In this document: piece after piece, positions 24,618 to 39,339 of the stretch | Numbering within the stretch: the first letter of the stretch is position 1 | Layout: the number at the start of each line of letters is the position of its first letter | DNA from: Convolutriloba macropyga | Taxonomy: Eukaryota | Length of the DNA stretch: 64,000 bases | Reading direction: 5' to 3' | Assembly (NCBI RefSeq): GCF_964194025.1 | Contig: NC_134476.1 | Span: 4,836,001 to 4,900,000 of the forward strand | The notes under the pieces: generated by a model | What the model was told of the DNA's origin: nothing | The model's database searches: none | The model's input: the letters and a program-made list of their open reading frames with translations, nothing else | Position numbers and translations under genes: made by a program

Positions 24618-27600
24618 TCACAGCTTTATCTTTATGAACAGGGCTAGAAGAGCACCAGCTAATGCAGGTACAATTCCGATCCAGGGTATGATGCTGCTAT
24701 AGCCCACAGATCCAACATAATTAATTTCATTATAGGCCAAACTCTGGCACATATTGGCCAATATCAGTAGCACAGCTGAAAATAGAACAAAAGAACCAAA
24801 ATGTTTCATTCACGACAGTTGCCATTGTTTTCTAAGCAACTATTACCTCAAAAATTACAGTTTCAACCGTTTCTTCTTCATTAGAAATGAAATTGGTAAA
24901 CTGGAAAGTGACTAAATGGTTAAGAAGTCCACACCTTTTGTTTTTTAAATAAAAAATCTGTTGAGATCCAAATTTCTCTTAAGAAAATCCATTTAACAGA
25001 TTCACTTGGCTCCACTGAATGAAACTGGGGATCTGTCATCATAGAGATTATTTTTAATGACAAAAAGAAGAAAAATTCTATGTTCATTCATTTTTTCGAA
25101 GTCAAACGGTTTTCAAGTTGTTGAAAGCATAACTACTGAATGCAAACAACATAAAAGTCCATTGATGGCTACCTCGTAAGCTCAACAGTCTTTTCATTGA
25201 TAATAGCTAGTGATAACACCACAAAAAGAACAGAAAGAGGCAAAAACGAAAACAGGCATATGGAAACCACAAAAATAAGTTATTATCTGTCTAAAATACT
25301 TTTAATCAAATGTGCTTTGTTAGGAATCCCAGTGGTACCTTTCATTAATAATGTTTAATGATGAGAAAAAATTAGAGCAAGATTCACAAAAGAATTTTGG
25401 AAACAGAGTGTCAACGCCATAAAACTGTTAACTATTGACTAAACGAGCAATAAAAAATCATTTAAGGTTTCTTGGAAAGCCTAAATTTTAACTTCTTATT
25501 ATCAGTTTTTTATCATAATGCCGTTCTTTGATAATGAGCAAAAACTATTAGGCAAAAATGAACGCCACAGGAAACAAAAAGATATCAAAAACAAAACCTC
25601 ACTTGCTGAAATGCAGTGATTTTAACATTATGCCAACTAATCGTATTACGTTGAATACGTTAGTGATAAATTGACAAAAGTAACAACAAGGCAGGTAAAC
25701 AGCGACAAATGAAGGTACAATTTATCACTAAACTTTTTAATGTTAGAAAAACAAAAGTATCTTGTTTGATAATTGACTTATTAAACCATTTAATACACTT
25801 TCTCTTTTGAAATAAAATGATAAGACAGCAAATTCTTACAATAAGTTCGTTTAAAGCTAAAAAATAGCAAAAATCATATGAAATCATTTTGAATCAAAAC
25901 TATAAAAGTTTTCCCGTGTTCAATTACAAAAACCAGTAGATCACATGCAGCAGCTTGAAAAGCAATTGTAGAAAATCACGGGAAAATTGTTGGAAAGAGC
26001 AACTAATATGCCGCAAGTGAAAAAAAATTATCCGTGAAACCCCAAAGATTGATCAAACAACAGTTTCTCTCTATATTTTCAAAGCATTTTGCGATTCGCG
26101 ATTTGATTTGAAATTCTAGGATGTTATCCGCCATTCTGCAGCTCAGTGGGAATATAACTTTGGCGCCAACTCAGGAGCATGTGTTTTATTACATAGTAAG
26201 GTGCAATCAAACAACACATATTTTTCAAGAAGGACAAAAAAATTTTGGGGCGCCAAAACAGAGTGGATTTATGTTTTTTGCTTTGAAAATAGTCATTTTT
26301 TGTCCTGTTTAATGTTGTTGCCGTACCAAAATCACTGCTCCAATTTGATTTCTCACTGATGTTAGAGACTCACTAAAAATATGAAGGTCTGAAAAAATGT
26401 CCTACCGTTGTAATCTAGGTCCATTTAATTGTAAAAACCACAATGAAACTAACAAAAACCTCGCTATAGGATTGAATTGTTATCAACAATACGAAAAATC
26501 CCAATTTTGAAAATAATATAGCAAAAATGTCTTATTTTTATTAAATGTGAACAAAAATTTACAATATTCTCTTAAATATAAAACTTTTTACCTGGATAAC
26601 TCCTCATAAATTAAAATTAAAAATGATTTCAATTTATAATTCGGCTCTCGATGCGGTTCGAAAGAAATGATACCACTCATATCTTTCTACGTCAATTATA
26701 TTCTTCGTACAAAATTGACTGAAAAAAAACCAGTCCAACATATAGTTCCAGCTGTCACGAAGTGATGTTGGAATAACAAATGCTGTAATATTCGTTTGAT
26801 GTGGACACTTTTGCACGTCCTCCTTGAAGCTCTGGTCATCCAAAAATGTCTTTTCAGTGGCTGGAGGAGTTAATGGTTACATCTTGACGAATTGGGATAC
26901 GTTTTAATGGGAAAGAATTTTCCACTTCATGTGTTGAAAATTAGAAAAAAATGTCAATTTAATCTTAACTCATAATAATTGAACCTCAGTTGTTTAACTA
27001 AAAATATCCATACTAACATCAAAGCAAAAGATTATTTGAAAAAAAAATAAATTGTTTGTCAAAATTGAAATGCTCGTGAAAATCTCCGCTTACCATTAGC
27101 TGACGCAATGAGAGCGCCTATGACCGAGAAAAAGTCTCCAATGAAGACCGAAGCCAGAAGGGCACAGCATGCCGCTGCTCCAGTGAGATACTCCACTACG
27201 TAAAATGTCCTTGCAAACATTATTCTTGTCTTGAAAGCACTGCTGCCATGAAAGACTGAAAAAGTACCCCATTTTTAACTATCATTTTATTATCTTTTTT
27301 TCGATCAACAAATATTCCAAATATCTGAATATCTGGTATCTTTATCACAACTATCATTATTACAATTTNNNNNNNNNNNNNNNNNNNNNNNNNNNNNNNN
27401 NNNNNNNNNNNNNNNNNNNNNNNNNNNNNNNNNNNNNNNNNNNNNNNNNNNNNNNNNNNNNNNNNNNNNNNNNNNNNNNNNNNNNNNNNNNNNNNNNNNN
27501 NNNNNNNNNNNNNNNNNNNNNNNNNNNNNNNNNNNNNNNNNNNNNNNNNNNNNNNNNNNNNNNNNNNNNNNNNNNNNNNNNNNNNNNNNNNNNNNNNNNN

Positions 27601-29340
27601 NNNNNNNNNNNNNNNNNNNNNNNNNNNNNNNNNNNNNNNNATTCTTATTGTTATTATTAATATTTTTTTTATTATTTTTTTAAAGATTGTTGTTATTATT
27701 ACTAATTTTATCATTATTATAAGTACTTTTTAACTATTACCACGATTATAATTAATGTTATTATTTTCAATAATCTTCTTTTTACGTTGATTGGTGTTAC
27801 TTCAATGTAATTTGTTTTTTTTTGTATTTGTCAATCTCACTATTACAATTGTGACTAAGGTAACATTGGAATTAATAAAAATGCTTCACAATTGGCCTCT
27901 GATCACAATTTTTCCAGTTGTGAAGTCAAAAGTCCCCTAAGGGTAATGGAATTTATCTCCTTGATACTGACGCTTCGCAATTGTCAGTTTAGTTTTAAGG
28001 TTATTTTTAACAACACCAATTTTGATAAAACCAATTTTAGTTTTTCTGAATTGAGGAAAAGTAGAATTTTCATTTTTTTAAAATCTTATTATTTTATTTC
28101 TTCGTCATTTTTGAGGAAGAACATTGTGTATGTTGATCCTAGATGTTTTCGCTCAAGATCATTGTTAGATCTGAATAGTTTGAGCGGTGAAAGATAGCTG
28201 AAGAAAAAGTTTGTGGAGATTTTTATCTGCGCAAATTGATTGAAAGTACAGCCATGCACATATTTTAACATAATTATACTCTTATTGTTATGTCTTCTCT
28301 AACTCCAAAATTCATGTGGTGATTGCTTTAACAATCGTTTTCCGCACATCAAAAGACAACAAAGAAATGAGATTTTTCGTTTATTGCGCTTCCTTACAGT
28401 CAATCCTGTTGCGTATTTCTCTCTATCAGTCTCTGAAATGATATTCCACAGCAGGTCTTTTTTTGAAGAATTGAGGGAGGACATACCTGATCTGTTGTTG
28501 ATGCAAAAAACTTTTTTTGTAAAAGTGCGCATTGTTTTTAAATGCATCATAACTGCGTTATCTCTCATCATCTTACAAATTGATTTCAGGAATAGGGTTT
28601 GATTAAATTGGGAGTTAGAATTTGAAACATTTTGCAAAGGTAATGGTGACTCTGATTGCTAGCGGCAGCAGCTACGAAAGTAAAAAATACGCATTCAAAT
28701 TTTCACCAATTAAGAAATCAAATTCGGTAGTCACACTTTTGCACTTCATATGCTATGGTAAAAGCAATAATGGAAAAGTCAAATTTTCCATACAATAATC
28801 TCAGTCGTTTATTTTTGCTTCAAATTCAGAGTTACTAGTAATTTGCGAATATTCAGTTTTTATTTATTTTTAACACTAAAATTTAATTTTTTTAAAAATT
28901 TTTATACAATTTAGTTCAAATTTTCTGAAATAACAGAGTCTCTTAGTCGAGACAGGATGTCAATCTTGCAAGATCTTAAAAGTTTATGCATAATCTTGCA
29001 AGCGCTTGCAAGATTCTTGCAATATTAAGATCGTGAATCGTCTAGGAAAGTTTAACTGACGTGCAGATAACGGAAACTATATGCACTTTAAGAACCGGGA
29101 GGGGTTGATTTTTGATTGTCATAAATTTGTACCATATTTGACGCATGTTCCATCAGCGCATGCCTTCCACACGCCAAACGAAGCTTCATGCGTGATATCT
29201 TGTATCGTAAATGGGCCCACATTTCTTTCTTCACCAGGAACCGTTACATGATATCCATCGTTACCACAAGCCAACAAGCCACAAAGAATACTACTTCCAA
29301 CCAGTCCAACAGCCACAAAGACCAGAATTTTTTTATCCAT
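24618..29340 (-). CDS. Claudin/PMP22-like gene C, 175 aa; exons 29340-29133, 27255-27094, 24775-24618
   Basis: 208+162+158=528 nt open frame with GT-AG phase-1 introns; SFGVWKAC-x4-C loop, VGYS before TM4, ends IKIKL-stop. Intron 1 spans an N gap. Confidence 0.85.
27369..27640. other. Assembly gap (272 N) inside ATT-rich low-complexity tract
   Basis: N run flanked by degenerate (ATT)n sequence. Confidence 0.98.
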
Positions 29341-31632
29341 TGCTTTGCAAACTTTCTGCAAAATTATTGTCTGTTTTTATGTTTCCATTTTCCCGTGGAC
29401 ATAATTTTGAACTTGCGCACAAAGTAATGTTTTTTTTGTTCTGGTAATAAATTTCACAGTCGAATGAAAATTTTTTTTTAATCATTTCAATGTACCATGC
29501 ATTTAAACGGGAGTAAAAATTGCCATGATATTTGGTTTTCACTTGATTTTTGCATATGCATCTGAAAATGACTAATCCCGTCTTTTATTGTGAGCGATAC
29601 AAACCATTATCTAAGTTTTTTTAGATCTAAAAAATTAAATTAATACAAATCTTTGTTATCAAACTTTGATTCGGAATCAAAAGTTTTTGCTCATTAAAAG
29701 TTCAAATAAGGGAGTGTTTGTTTTGTTGAAGAATTCTTCATTCTTCTCAATCGCTCTCTATAACATCAGTCCTGTTCTTCTTAAATTTCAGAATTCTTCT
29801 CTTTTCAATCTTCATTGAATTCTTGAAAATTATTTATGTTCTCCCCTCTCGTTAGGTGAGACAATTTTTACAAAAACGAAGGTCCCCTCTAATTGGGTGA
29901 CACCTCTAAAATGACTCCACTCTTCTTGGAGTTCACAAAGAGTTCTTGGAGTTCATTATCTAAGTAAAGGTAAATTAAAAAACATTACTTTGTTCACATA
30001 ACCAAAAAATGCTCACGAGGAAAAGGAGAGCAAAAAAATTTGTTGAGATTAAAGTGAAAGAGCTCGAATGAAAATCGAAGTCGAGTTCGATTTAAAAGAT
30101 TTTGTCTCAAGCAGACCCAACTGTTCACGGGGAAACTAAATTGTTCAACTGTGGGTTTGCTGATCAATTTTTACTTATGATTGCTTGATTAGCTAAGCAC
30201 ACAAACCCACAACAAAATGTAACCTCCACTAATATTTGGTTGAATTCAATTTAGTTGTTTTTTTAATGTTTAATTGCCGTGTTTTCAAATTATAACACCC
30301 TGAACTTAATCTGAATCGCATGAGAGCAAATATCAAAAAGTTTTCACAGTTTAATTTTGTTTAGAATTATTTACTGTTACGTCTATTGTTTTGTTTGTTC
30401 CGAAGCTTCAACTAAACAGACAAATTTCCAGTTCTCCGCCTTCTTATAATAAAGTTCTGTCACAAAGTCAAACATTAAATATTGTTTCAAGTTTTGCAGA
30501 AAGCAATTCAATGCTATTTGGCGATGTTCATTTTGTCATAAATGTCGAACCCCTGCTGACCTGATTGGCCATTCTTAAGACAAAATGTGGTTCCAACACC
30601 TGGCTGACGGTTATCTTGCAAGAATCTGCCAACACTATGCTTCAGCATTTCGTTGGTTTTTCGTAATTTAGCGAATTTCCCCAAAATGCGCGACAAAATT
30701 GCCATTCCTCGTCGCTATTCTCGGCTTCTATGCTAGCATTTTGTTGGTTTTGCGTATTTTAGCAGATTTTCTCAAAAAAAGCGACAAAGCAAAAATCACC
30801 AACCAAATTGCCATTCCTCGTCACTAATCTCGGCAGCGAAATCTAGCGACAATAGCACTACAAAATTGGCGACTAATTGCCCAAAATCAAAAGACTAGAT
30901 TAGAGTAGGTGAAAAGGTTAAAGGATTAGATTCAATTACACTTGTCGCTATTTTTGCGCAATTTAAAAAGCAAAAATCTGCGAACTATTTACCAAAGTTT
31001 GAGGCTGTTGAGCCTTTTCGCGCTCGCTTACTTTCCTAATCTTAATATATGTATGTAAAATACATGCGTAAGGCAGTGACGAGTCGAGTATATATACTCG
31101 GGCAAATGCGTTGTTTGCAATGTAATGATAATGCAAGATCTTGTAAGAAAATGGAGCGAAATGCAAGAGTCTTGTAAGATGACAAACCATCCTACAAGAC
31201 CCTTACGAGATAACCGTCACTGCCCGTCTAGGGCAGGTCTAAGTAATTTTGGTCAAAGTAGCCCTGTAAAAGTTTGATTTATATACATGTGCAGGTACGA
31301 AGGACTCTAGAAATCGTAATGATTTTGGAGAGGTTTTAGAGATCTATTGAAAAAATTGTCAGGAATTACACAAGCGATGAGATACTATGGGCTCGTTCCT
31401 AGAGTTTCCATTTCTTAAAAGCAATTTCTGAAACCATTCTTTTCACTAATTCGGGCGCAAAGCTCGGAGTTTTTTTTCCTAAATTTAAGCGTTTCGCATC
31501 TGTATTCATATCTTTGGAGTTGAAGTTGGATTTTTCTAAGATCTCGGAATTGGGTTAAATAATGATAATTTGAGTCTTATACAACGTTAAGAGATTGACG
31601 AGATTAGGTTAGAAGAAAGTTCAAGAGCGTTT

Positions 31633-31705
31633 GACTGGTTGGTGTAGTGGTTAGCACGCTAGGCTTGCAACTAAGAGATGCCGGTTACAGTGTCAGCAAT
31701 GGTCT
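31633..31705 (+). pseudogene. tRNA-Ala(TGC)-like pseudogene or tRNA-derived SINE head
   Basis: 73 nt; A-box TGGTGTAGTGGTTAGCAC, anticodon loop CTTGCAA, partly pairing GACTG/TGGTC ends; T-arm/B-box degenerate (GGTTACAG). Confidence 0.55.
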
Positions 31706-34600
31706 ATGTTCACTATTGCTGCAACCACTTACAACGCCCTAAGATTTTTTTCTTTATTATTTTCATCAATCAGATTTCATTCATTCTGCATTCAAAAGTG
31801 GGCGATTAAAACTACGAAGTGGAGTATAAAAGTTTTTTAGAGTATAAAAGTACTCTATATCAATGAACACCAAATAATATTCATCCAGCCCTATTTTATA
31901 GTTAAAGGGTAAAAGGGTTGTTGAGTTTGTGCTTGTTCGCCAACTTAAAACGCTGGTTTTACTGTACAAGATAACAGTTTCTTTAATTCTGAATGAGTGT
32001 TCGTTTTTAGTTTTTCCGAAAAGTGATTGTAAATTTAGTAACATAACTCTATATCTCCACAGTCGGTAACTTTTGAAAGCCTAAATATTATGAATCAATA
32101 ATATATCAGTTTTCAAAATAAATGGAGCTTTTCTTAAAAAATTAACGTATCAATAGGAATTTAAACAACTGCTCTACTTAATCCAGGTTTAGGAGATCTT
32201 ATACAAACTCTGCTTCAAAAACAAAGTTTATTCGAATTGTTGAGGAATCGGTTAAATTTAAAATTTTTTAACAGCTTTGCAGAGTTTACTTGAACAATTG
32301 TCTTCTTTTCTCATTCTTCGTTTTATCTCGATGAATACGGAAAATAGAGCACCGATTGATGCCAGCAACACCCCAACCCAAGGTCCGATGCTGTTTTAGT
32401 CGAAAAGTCATCCATCCGGAGCTCGAAATTACGTCAAAATCTGGCAAATGTTTGCTAGAATGAGGAGTACATCTGAAACCAGTGCGCAAATGATCCATCA
32501 ATCCAAATAAAAAGCTAACTTGTTGTGAAAAAACAAGAAAAAAATGCTTTCAAAATATTAATCACAAATGACTTGAAGACATTGCTGACATATTACCGCA
32601 TTGTCAAAAAAAGTCATTAGTTTCAGTGCGTTGAGATGACGGTATCAACGGAGTTGTGCTGATATAGAGCATCTGGCAACTTGCCAAAAAAAGAAAATAA
32701 CGAGTTTGTCACCATAGCAAAAAAGTTAATAAAGAATCAAAGACACTTAAACTAATTGTCATTTTCTTGAATTATTGAGTTGAATTATGAGACACTTATA
32801 AATTGTGCCAGGAATTAGACGTTTGAACTAAAAAAAGTTAGGTTTCAAAATATTTTGCAAGTTTTTCGCTACAAATTTTTGGGATCTATTCTGTTCGCCC
32901 TCCAGTGTTTTTATAGCCCCCAATGAGATTTTTTTGCTTTTACATAGCACGTTGCTTTTTTAAAAATTAGTACGTGCTCCTGGGGAGTAAAATTTATATG
33001 CTCACTAAGCTGGGGGGATTGATTCTAACCTTTGTCAGAATCGACATGAAAGTACCTGCGAGATACAAGTGTAAGTTTACAGGTATTCAAAAGTCTATTG
33101 AAAAGTTTTTGATAGACAAGTCAACAGCAGTTCCTATCCAAAAAGCTAGCACATGTCGTGAATTCCGCTTCAAATGACCTCTGACCAGTTAAACTTCAAT
33201 AACAACTATTTCTGTTTTTACATAAATCATTTACACTTTTTGTATATTTAGCGACAGCTATCTCTATACAATAATATAGATTTCTGTCTCTCTCACTGAA
33301 AAATCATACAAAGAGATTAATCCCCCTGAGTTGCACCTGCCATCGTTTACATTGTAACTTGCTATATAACAACACATACTCTGTGACCGAGGTACCACAA
33401 TCCGGAGGCACCAAGACTTGAAACCAGCTCCGTTTTCAAACTTGCCTTTCTCCTCTCTCAACCAATAACTTGAATTGCTTAACAAATATTGGAAAAGGAT
33501 CTTAAAATTTTTAGACCTTATAAAAAGACCAAATGAAACTACTCAAAACAATTGATCTGTCCAATAGCTTCCCATGAGCTTACTGATGAGATAAGAACAG
33601 CTATGTTGGTGAAATTTCGATCAAGATAAATTCCAGCAAGGTGAATCATGCAGTTGTTTTTGCAAGATATTCCATTTTGTAGAATGTCCTTGCAAACATT
33701 AGTCGTTATTCGTGTCATAAATCCGTTGCCGCCAAAAAATTCTGAAAACAAGTTAATTTTTACAGCTATGGCTTTATTAGGATCTGTTTCCATCCCCGCG
33801 AACTATAGATTGAAGTTAAAATATACCATTATAAAAGTGTAAATATGTCAATTACAGAAGATCATAATCTAAATGGAAGTCAGGGGACTCTTTTTGATAA
33901 ATTTTTTAAAAAAATGTTCTGGTCTTAGCTTGCTCATCGCTATCAAAATTTAACTATATTATTTTTAGTATATACAGTTTTTTTTCTGGAAATCTGCTTC
34001 AAACTGGTTTTTAAACAGAAACTGATTTTTCCATACGGCATTTGTTGAATTTTTGGGGAAAAATCGTGCCTTTGCTGGCGAGAAAATCTAATTCTGTGTA
34101 GCAAAAGGTTCGAGAGGTTCCCAATTTTGTGGAGTTTATAGCAAATCAAAATGGACAATGCCTGTCGCAGGGAAGTCACAAAGACGATGGGTAGTTTCAG
34201 AGTCACAAAGACTCCGTTAAGAGATTGAAGTATTTTTGTCCTGGCTTGGTCACCTGTACCCACAGCTGTGTCGCTGGATGTAATATCAACAAGTGCTATA
34301 TTTTTACACAATGAGATACCTGTAATGAAATGGGCTATGTAACCGAGGGGCGCATAAACAACAAGAGGGAACAATTTTGGGTCTTCCCCTTTATAGCCCC
34401 GCATACCATAATGGGGGGCTATAATTTCATGGGGGGCTATAATGGGAAAGACCCCAATTTTTCTACCTAGTATTTTATTTTATAGCAGCGCATGCACTGT
34501 AAATGACTTGCGTAGCTTAGGGAGATTTGGATGACACAAACGATTGAAGCCAAACGAATGAAGCCCCCTGTATGTTCCCCTAGCCGCGTACCTATACTAC

Positions 34601-34605
<5 letters not shown>

Positions 34606-34652
<47 letters not shown>
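34606..34652. repeat. (TA)n microsatellite
   Basis: Direct TA run 3' of gene D. Confidence 0.95.
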
Positions 34653-34655
<3 letters not shown>

Positions 34656-34790
34656 CTTATAACTTTTATTACCTATATGTAAACATATATAAAATTTAAT
34701 TGAAAAGTAGCGACAATCCATATAATAAATTATCAATGAAAACAAAAAGCTGCACTTTACTACAGAACTATAACAATTTATTCTATAATC

Positions 34791-36186
34791 TCATTTTGTT
34801 GACTGTTCTGGGGGGTGTTTGAACTTGACCAGAAAGGCGATGCAGGTAGTAATGAACCCGGGCAAAATTCCCACCCAGGGCAAAATGAGACTCCATCCGA
34901 CAGTGGGGCTGATGTTTTTGGGAACCCTTTCTTCCAATGCAAGGGTTAAACACGTGTTGGCAATTATGAGAAGGATTCCTGTAAATCAATAAAAATTGTT
35001 TTCCTTAAAATCTTTTCAATAGAAATGGCACCAATTTGAGGGAAAACAATTGGCTGATATATGCTAGATTTGTCAACAATTTAAAAACAAAGTATGACTA
35101 AATATCTCTTATTTATCTTCTTATTTATCCAGGTTATATTGATACAGAAAAAAAAACATTGAAAAACAATAGTTTTCACAAAAATATAAGTTTTGACAGA
35201 AAGCTGTCTTTTTCACCTATAGTAACGTCACGAGACACATAGTTTTTTTCCTGCATATTTTGAAAGTCTAACAAAAAGATGGAAAATATCATGTAATTTG
35301 TTTTTATTATTTTACCTTGAATTGTGGAGCATACACCAGCGAGTACCAATGGTTTATTTCCCTGCATTAGAGCCAGCATATAACCAGTGAAAGCTGCGAC
35401 TGCGAATGGACAGAGAGCGAAGTAGAATGCTCTCGCCGATTTCATCTTCATCACAAAACTATGATCCTCTAAGTTGAAATCTAAAACACATTTTTGGTAT
35501 CGTATCCGTTTTTGACTCCTCTCCCCTTACCGGCTTAGTGAGTGTATTTTATAGGCACACCTTAGGCACACGTGTCATAAGTTTACATAAAGATTTACTA
35601 TGTAATGGCAAGTAATAATAATTATAGCCAGGCAAAAAAAACTGAAAATTGTAAGACGACACCCCATTTTTGCTTTACTTATAGTTTTGACAATTCGAAA
35701 CCCAAGCACAAGAATATCATGAGTGAAAAATAAACCCATACTTATCAATTGGAGTTTTTTGTCATTGCGAATATGAAATATAAGTAAAAACTATTTTCAA
35801 ACTTAGAAGAAAAATTCAATCGCTGTCATTTTTTGCATAACATATAATGTTTTTTTTTCAACCTCTATAAAATATTTTTTTACAAATTACTATATAGTTT
35901 GCAATACGCAACAAAATTATGAATTTTTAAAAGAGTCGAAACAAGATGAATTGCAACTTCAAACTTTTTTTCGGTTCTGGTTTCGGTGTAATAACTTACC
36001 ATATTTGGTACATATGTCATTTTTGCAGTACTTCCACATTCCGTATGAGTAATTATCAATATGTCCAAGTGGCCTGATGATAAATCCAGTGTACCCTGAT
36101 TTCCCGTTAGCCAAAAGTGCCCATAATAAACTGGACAAAACTAATCCTGATCCTATCACGATCAACTTTAAACGCTTTTCCAACAT
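34791..36186 (-). CDS. Claudin/PMP22-like gene D, 179 aa; exons 36186-36000, 35480-35316, 34978-34791
   Basis: 187+165+188=540 nt open frame with GT-AG phase-1 introns; YSYGMWKYC-x4-C, VGWS before TM4, ends KHPPEQSTK-stop; close paralog of B. Confidence 0.9.
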
Positions 36187-38696
36187 TTGAGAATTTCTGA
36201 TGAGGTGGTTTACGTTGGTTTAGAAGTCTTCAAGGCGAATGCTTACGTTTTGTTTATGTTTAAGTTTTGGTTATAATTGTTGTTTGTTCAACTTGAGATG
36301 TCGTTGGCTGTCATTGTTGATATTGAGATATCACCCCAAAATTATTGATCATTAAAATAACTTGAAGTTACTGAGATGTGATTCAAAATGATAATTCCAA
36401 TGCCTTCAGTTTTGCTTTTCATCCTTTAAATAAATAGCAATCAAGTTTAATACTACACTAACAAATTACTTTCTACTTTCGAATAATGACCGGGTGTGTT
36501 TTGTAATTTTCTACTTTTAGAGGTTGAGCTGGACTGCTCTTTGCGATGACCTTTCCGGACGAAATGTAATTATTTATGTTTTTCTGGATAAACTTAGTTC
36601 AAATATTCAAATATTCAAGTAAGTGACAATCAAAAAATGGTTTACGATTTACGATCTGTCAGAAACAAAACTCGATAAAAAATACAACTGTGATCAATTT
36701 TGTAGGTATCGATTAATAATAAGTTCCGTCTGTGACCTGACAACTTAGCGGACCATATTTTTGCAACACCAACCGCACGACATCCATCAATTTGTCAGAT
36801 TTGTTTTTGATTGTTCTAAAAGATTAAAACTTTTTCTTTGAAACAGCTCTGAATTTCAAAACTACATTCTAGTGGTCGAGGCGATCCTTTAAATTTCCAC
36901 TAGGATCAGTGAAATATGTGTTTACTGGGTTAAAAATACTGTGACACTTTTAACCAGTTGTTTGGGGAGATTTTCTTAAACTGCTTTTAATAATCGTAAA
37001 AATAATATGATAATTAAAAGAAATTCTAATTGCCAAAACCTAAAACCCTGTTTTTGTATTTTGCCTGAAAAATTTATCAATCACATAATTTTTAAGTTCT
37101 TGCGGACGTGGATAGCTCTGTATCGTGTTAATTTTAGGGAAAACATTTCTACAAAATTTGTTTGCGAAGTTGTGCTTTGACACAATGGTTCGACCGACCA
37201 ATTTTTGACAAGCCAAGATTCTTTTTCATTGCATTTTCCGCACTTGTATTTGCGTTTCATGTTTCTTAAGTTATCTAAATTAGTTAAAAATAGCAAGAAA
37301 TAATTTTAAAATTACAAAAAGAAACCACCAAAATTTTTTATGATAAATTTTGACCAGCCCCAAATGCATTTAGAGCAGTCCTACAGTGCTCCTCAACTAT
37401 TTTTCGGATATCAATTTTTTTCAAAATTTGACTTATCTTACTTCACTTTTGTAAAAAATGATCGTACCTCACATTTACACAAAAAAATATTTTTTACTGG
37501 TGTTATATTACGTTTTTTGTCCTTTTCATGTCAAAAATATTCTACCAAATTTAAAAAAAATTTAAAATGTTTGAAATATTTTTTAAATATTCGATTATGT
37601 CAAAGATCACGAAATGAGTCAGTTTTGGTTTAATTTGACAGCAGCTTGCTACTGCTATTCCATAAGCAGATTGCAAACAATACCGCGAAAAAGTTAAACA
37701 AAATACACACGTTGGCCACCTTTTGGCGATATTAAATGAAATACATTTATTCTTAGAACTAAAACATTTTTTGCCAATTGTGAGCGTTTAATAAAAAAGA
37801 ATGCTAAAATTTTCCGATTTGACTTTATAAATAAAATTTTGAAACTGTCACTCAACTCATCCAATGGGGGCTTTCAACCACACCAAAACGGGTTTACAGC
37901 CTCATGGCAAAGTCGGCTATTATTAATGATAGGTTAAGTTTACGTAACTGTTTTTTGGATGTCTTTTATTGTTTTGTTTCTCTACACGGCAAACAATTGA
38001 TTATTTTTTAAGGCTTACTGCTTCTCCGACGCACATAGTTTTAGAACTAAGGCAACAAAAAAAAACAAAAAAAAAGATCTCGGAAAATTTTTGCTAAACG
38101 AGACCCACTTGACTGATTTCTTATTCTACGCTCTTGCTCCATGCTTTGAACATAAAAATCTGATGGTTTTCGACAAAATTTTAATTATTAGATTTCAAGA
38201 ATTATGTAATTACACTAAAATATATCAGTATGAAAATATTATGAGAAAGATATGATACAATTTTACTGTAAAATAGTACAATAATCTGCATAAATTACCA
38301 AAGCTTTCAAAATCAATAATATGATTACTTTTAATATGGGTTACAATGGACCAAGTATTTTACTGGTTTGTTTTCTTTCACTTGCGGAAAAATAAATTGT
38401 TGTCATAATCATGTATGAACAAATTGATACTTGTATGAACAAATTGATGCTTCCTCTGATAATGACTTGTATGTAATAAGAGATACAACCAATTTCAAAT
38501 TTAATACATAAGGTTATAAAAGTGATTTATAATACTTTTGAATTTTCAGGTTTTTTCGACGTTTTTCTCGGGGGGGGGGGGGGGGGTTGGAGTAGGAAGA
38601 AGAACTTATTTTGATAACTTGAGGCGCGTTATCTAATTTAAAATCAAATTGTCGCCTGAACTAGTTTTGTTCTGACACACCGAATGTTTTTTTTTA

Positions 38697-39339
38697 TCAC
38701 ATTTGAGTTTGACCAAGATTTTTGTTCACTTCGCAGCTCATTTCGTTCATGGCATTGATGTGAACAGTCATCATAGCTCCGAGGAAGCCAGGTAGAACCC
38801 CAATCCATGGAATGATAGAACTGTAGCCCAGATAGACGGGGAAGAAAGCTCCCTGGGTGTCGTAGGCCAGTATTTGACAAAGATTGGCTATCATAAGCAG
38901 AATAACTGAAACACACAACGAGTGAGACAAGCAGGCCACTGTACAGGATTTTGAAATCTGTCTTTACCCCCCCCCCCTCCCCCACCTATCCTCAGGCTTA
39001 GCGGTTATGTTACATTGACGCCTCTTCGGCTCCAGGCGCACGTTTTTACATGTGCTATGCTATATATAAGGTATAAGTTATAAACGGTTTACGTCCTTGT
39101 GTGTGTTTGTGTGTGAAATAATAAATTAATTAAATTAAATTGCTATGTTCTTGAAAGTAATTTTTTCTAACCGTGAATTGAAGTGACGACGACTGCGACT
39201 TTGGAACAAATATCACTGTAGAAAATAATGGCAATTATCGCAAAACAAGCTGCAGGTCCAACCACATAGTCAATGATATAGAATATCCTCGCAAGCACTA
39301 TCCTCGTTGAAAACTGGGTCGGTTCTGGTCTCATTTCAC
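38697..39339 (-). CDS. Claudin/PMP22-like gene E, exons 2 (39339-39172) and 3 (38905-38697); exon 1 not visible
   Basis: Exon 2 EMRPEPTQFSTRIVLARIFYIIDYVVGPAACFAIIAIIFYSDICSKVAVVVTSIH (168 nt, AG/GT, phase 1) aligns to C exon 2. Exon 3 ILLMIANLCQILAY...LGYSSIIPWIG is open to its stop. Confidence 0.8.

Larger units (their letters stand above)
4848..39023. repeat. Left arm of large inverted duplication (or haplotype 1)
   Basis: Reverse complement matches 39901-64000 in blocks, e.g. 38981-39023 vs 39901 onward and 4848-4890 vs the window end; gene order is mirrored. Confidence 0.85.

Noticed and set aside
27220-27714. 164-aa ORF (also ORFs 39672-39975)
   Set aside because: Open only because they run through N gaps.
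31633-31705. Functional tRNA-Ala gene
   Set aside because: T-loop lacks TTCRA and the acceptor and anticodon stems have mismatches.
33264-34404. ORFs 33943-34404, 33539-33793, 33264-33485 and their mirrors as genes
   Set aside because: No recognisable domain; the mirror copy carries a stop and a deletion; probably a decayed repeat.
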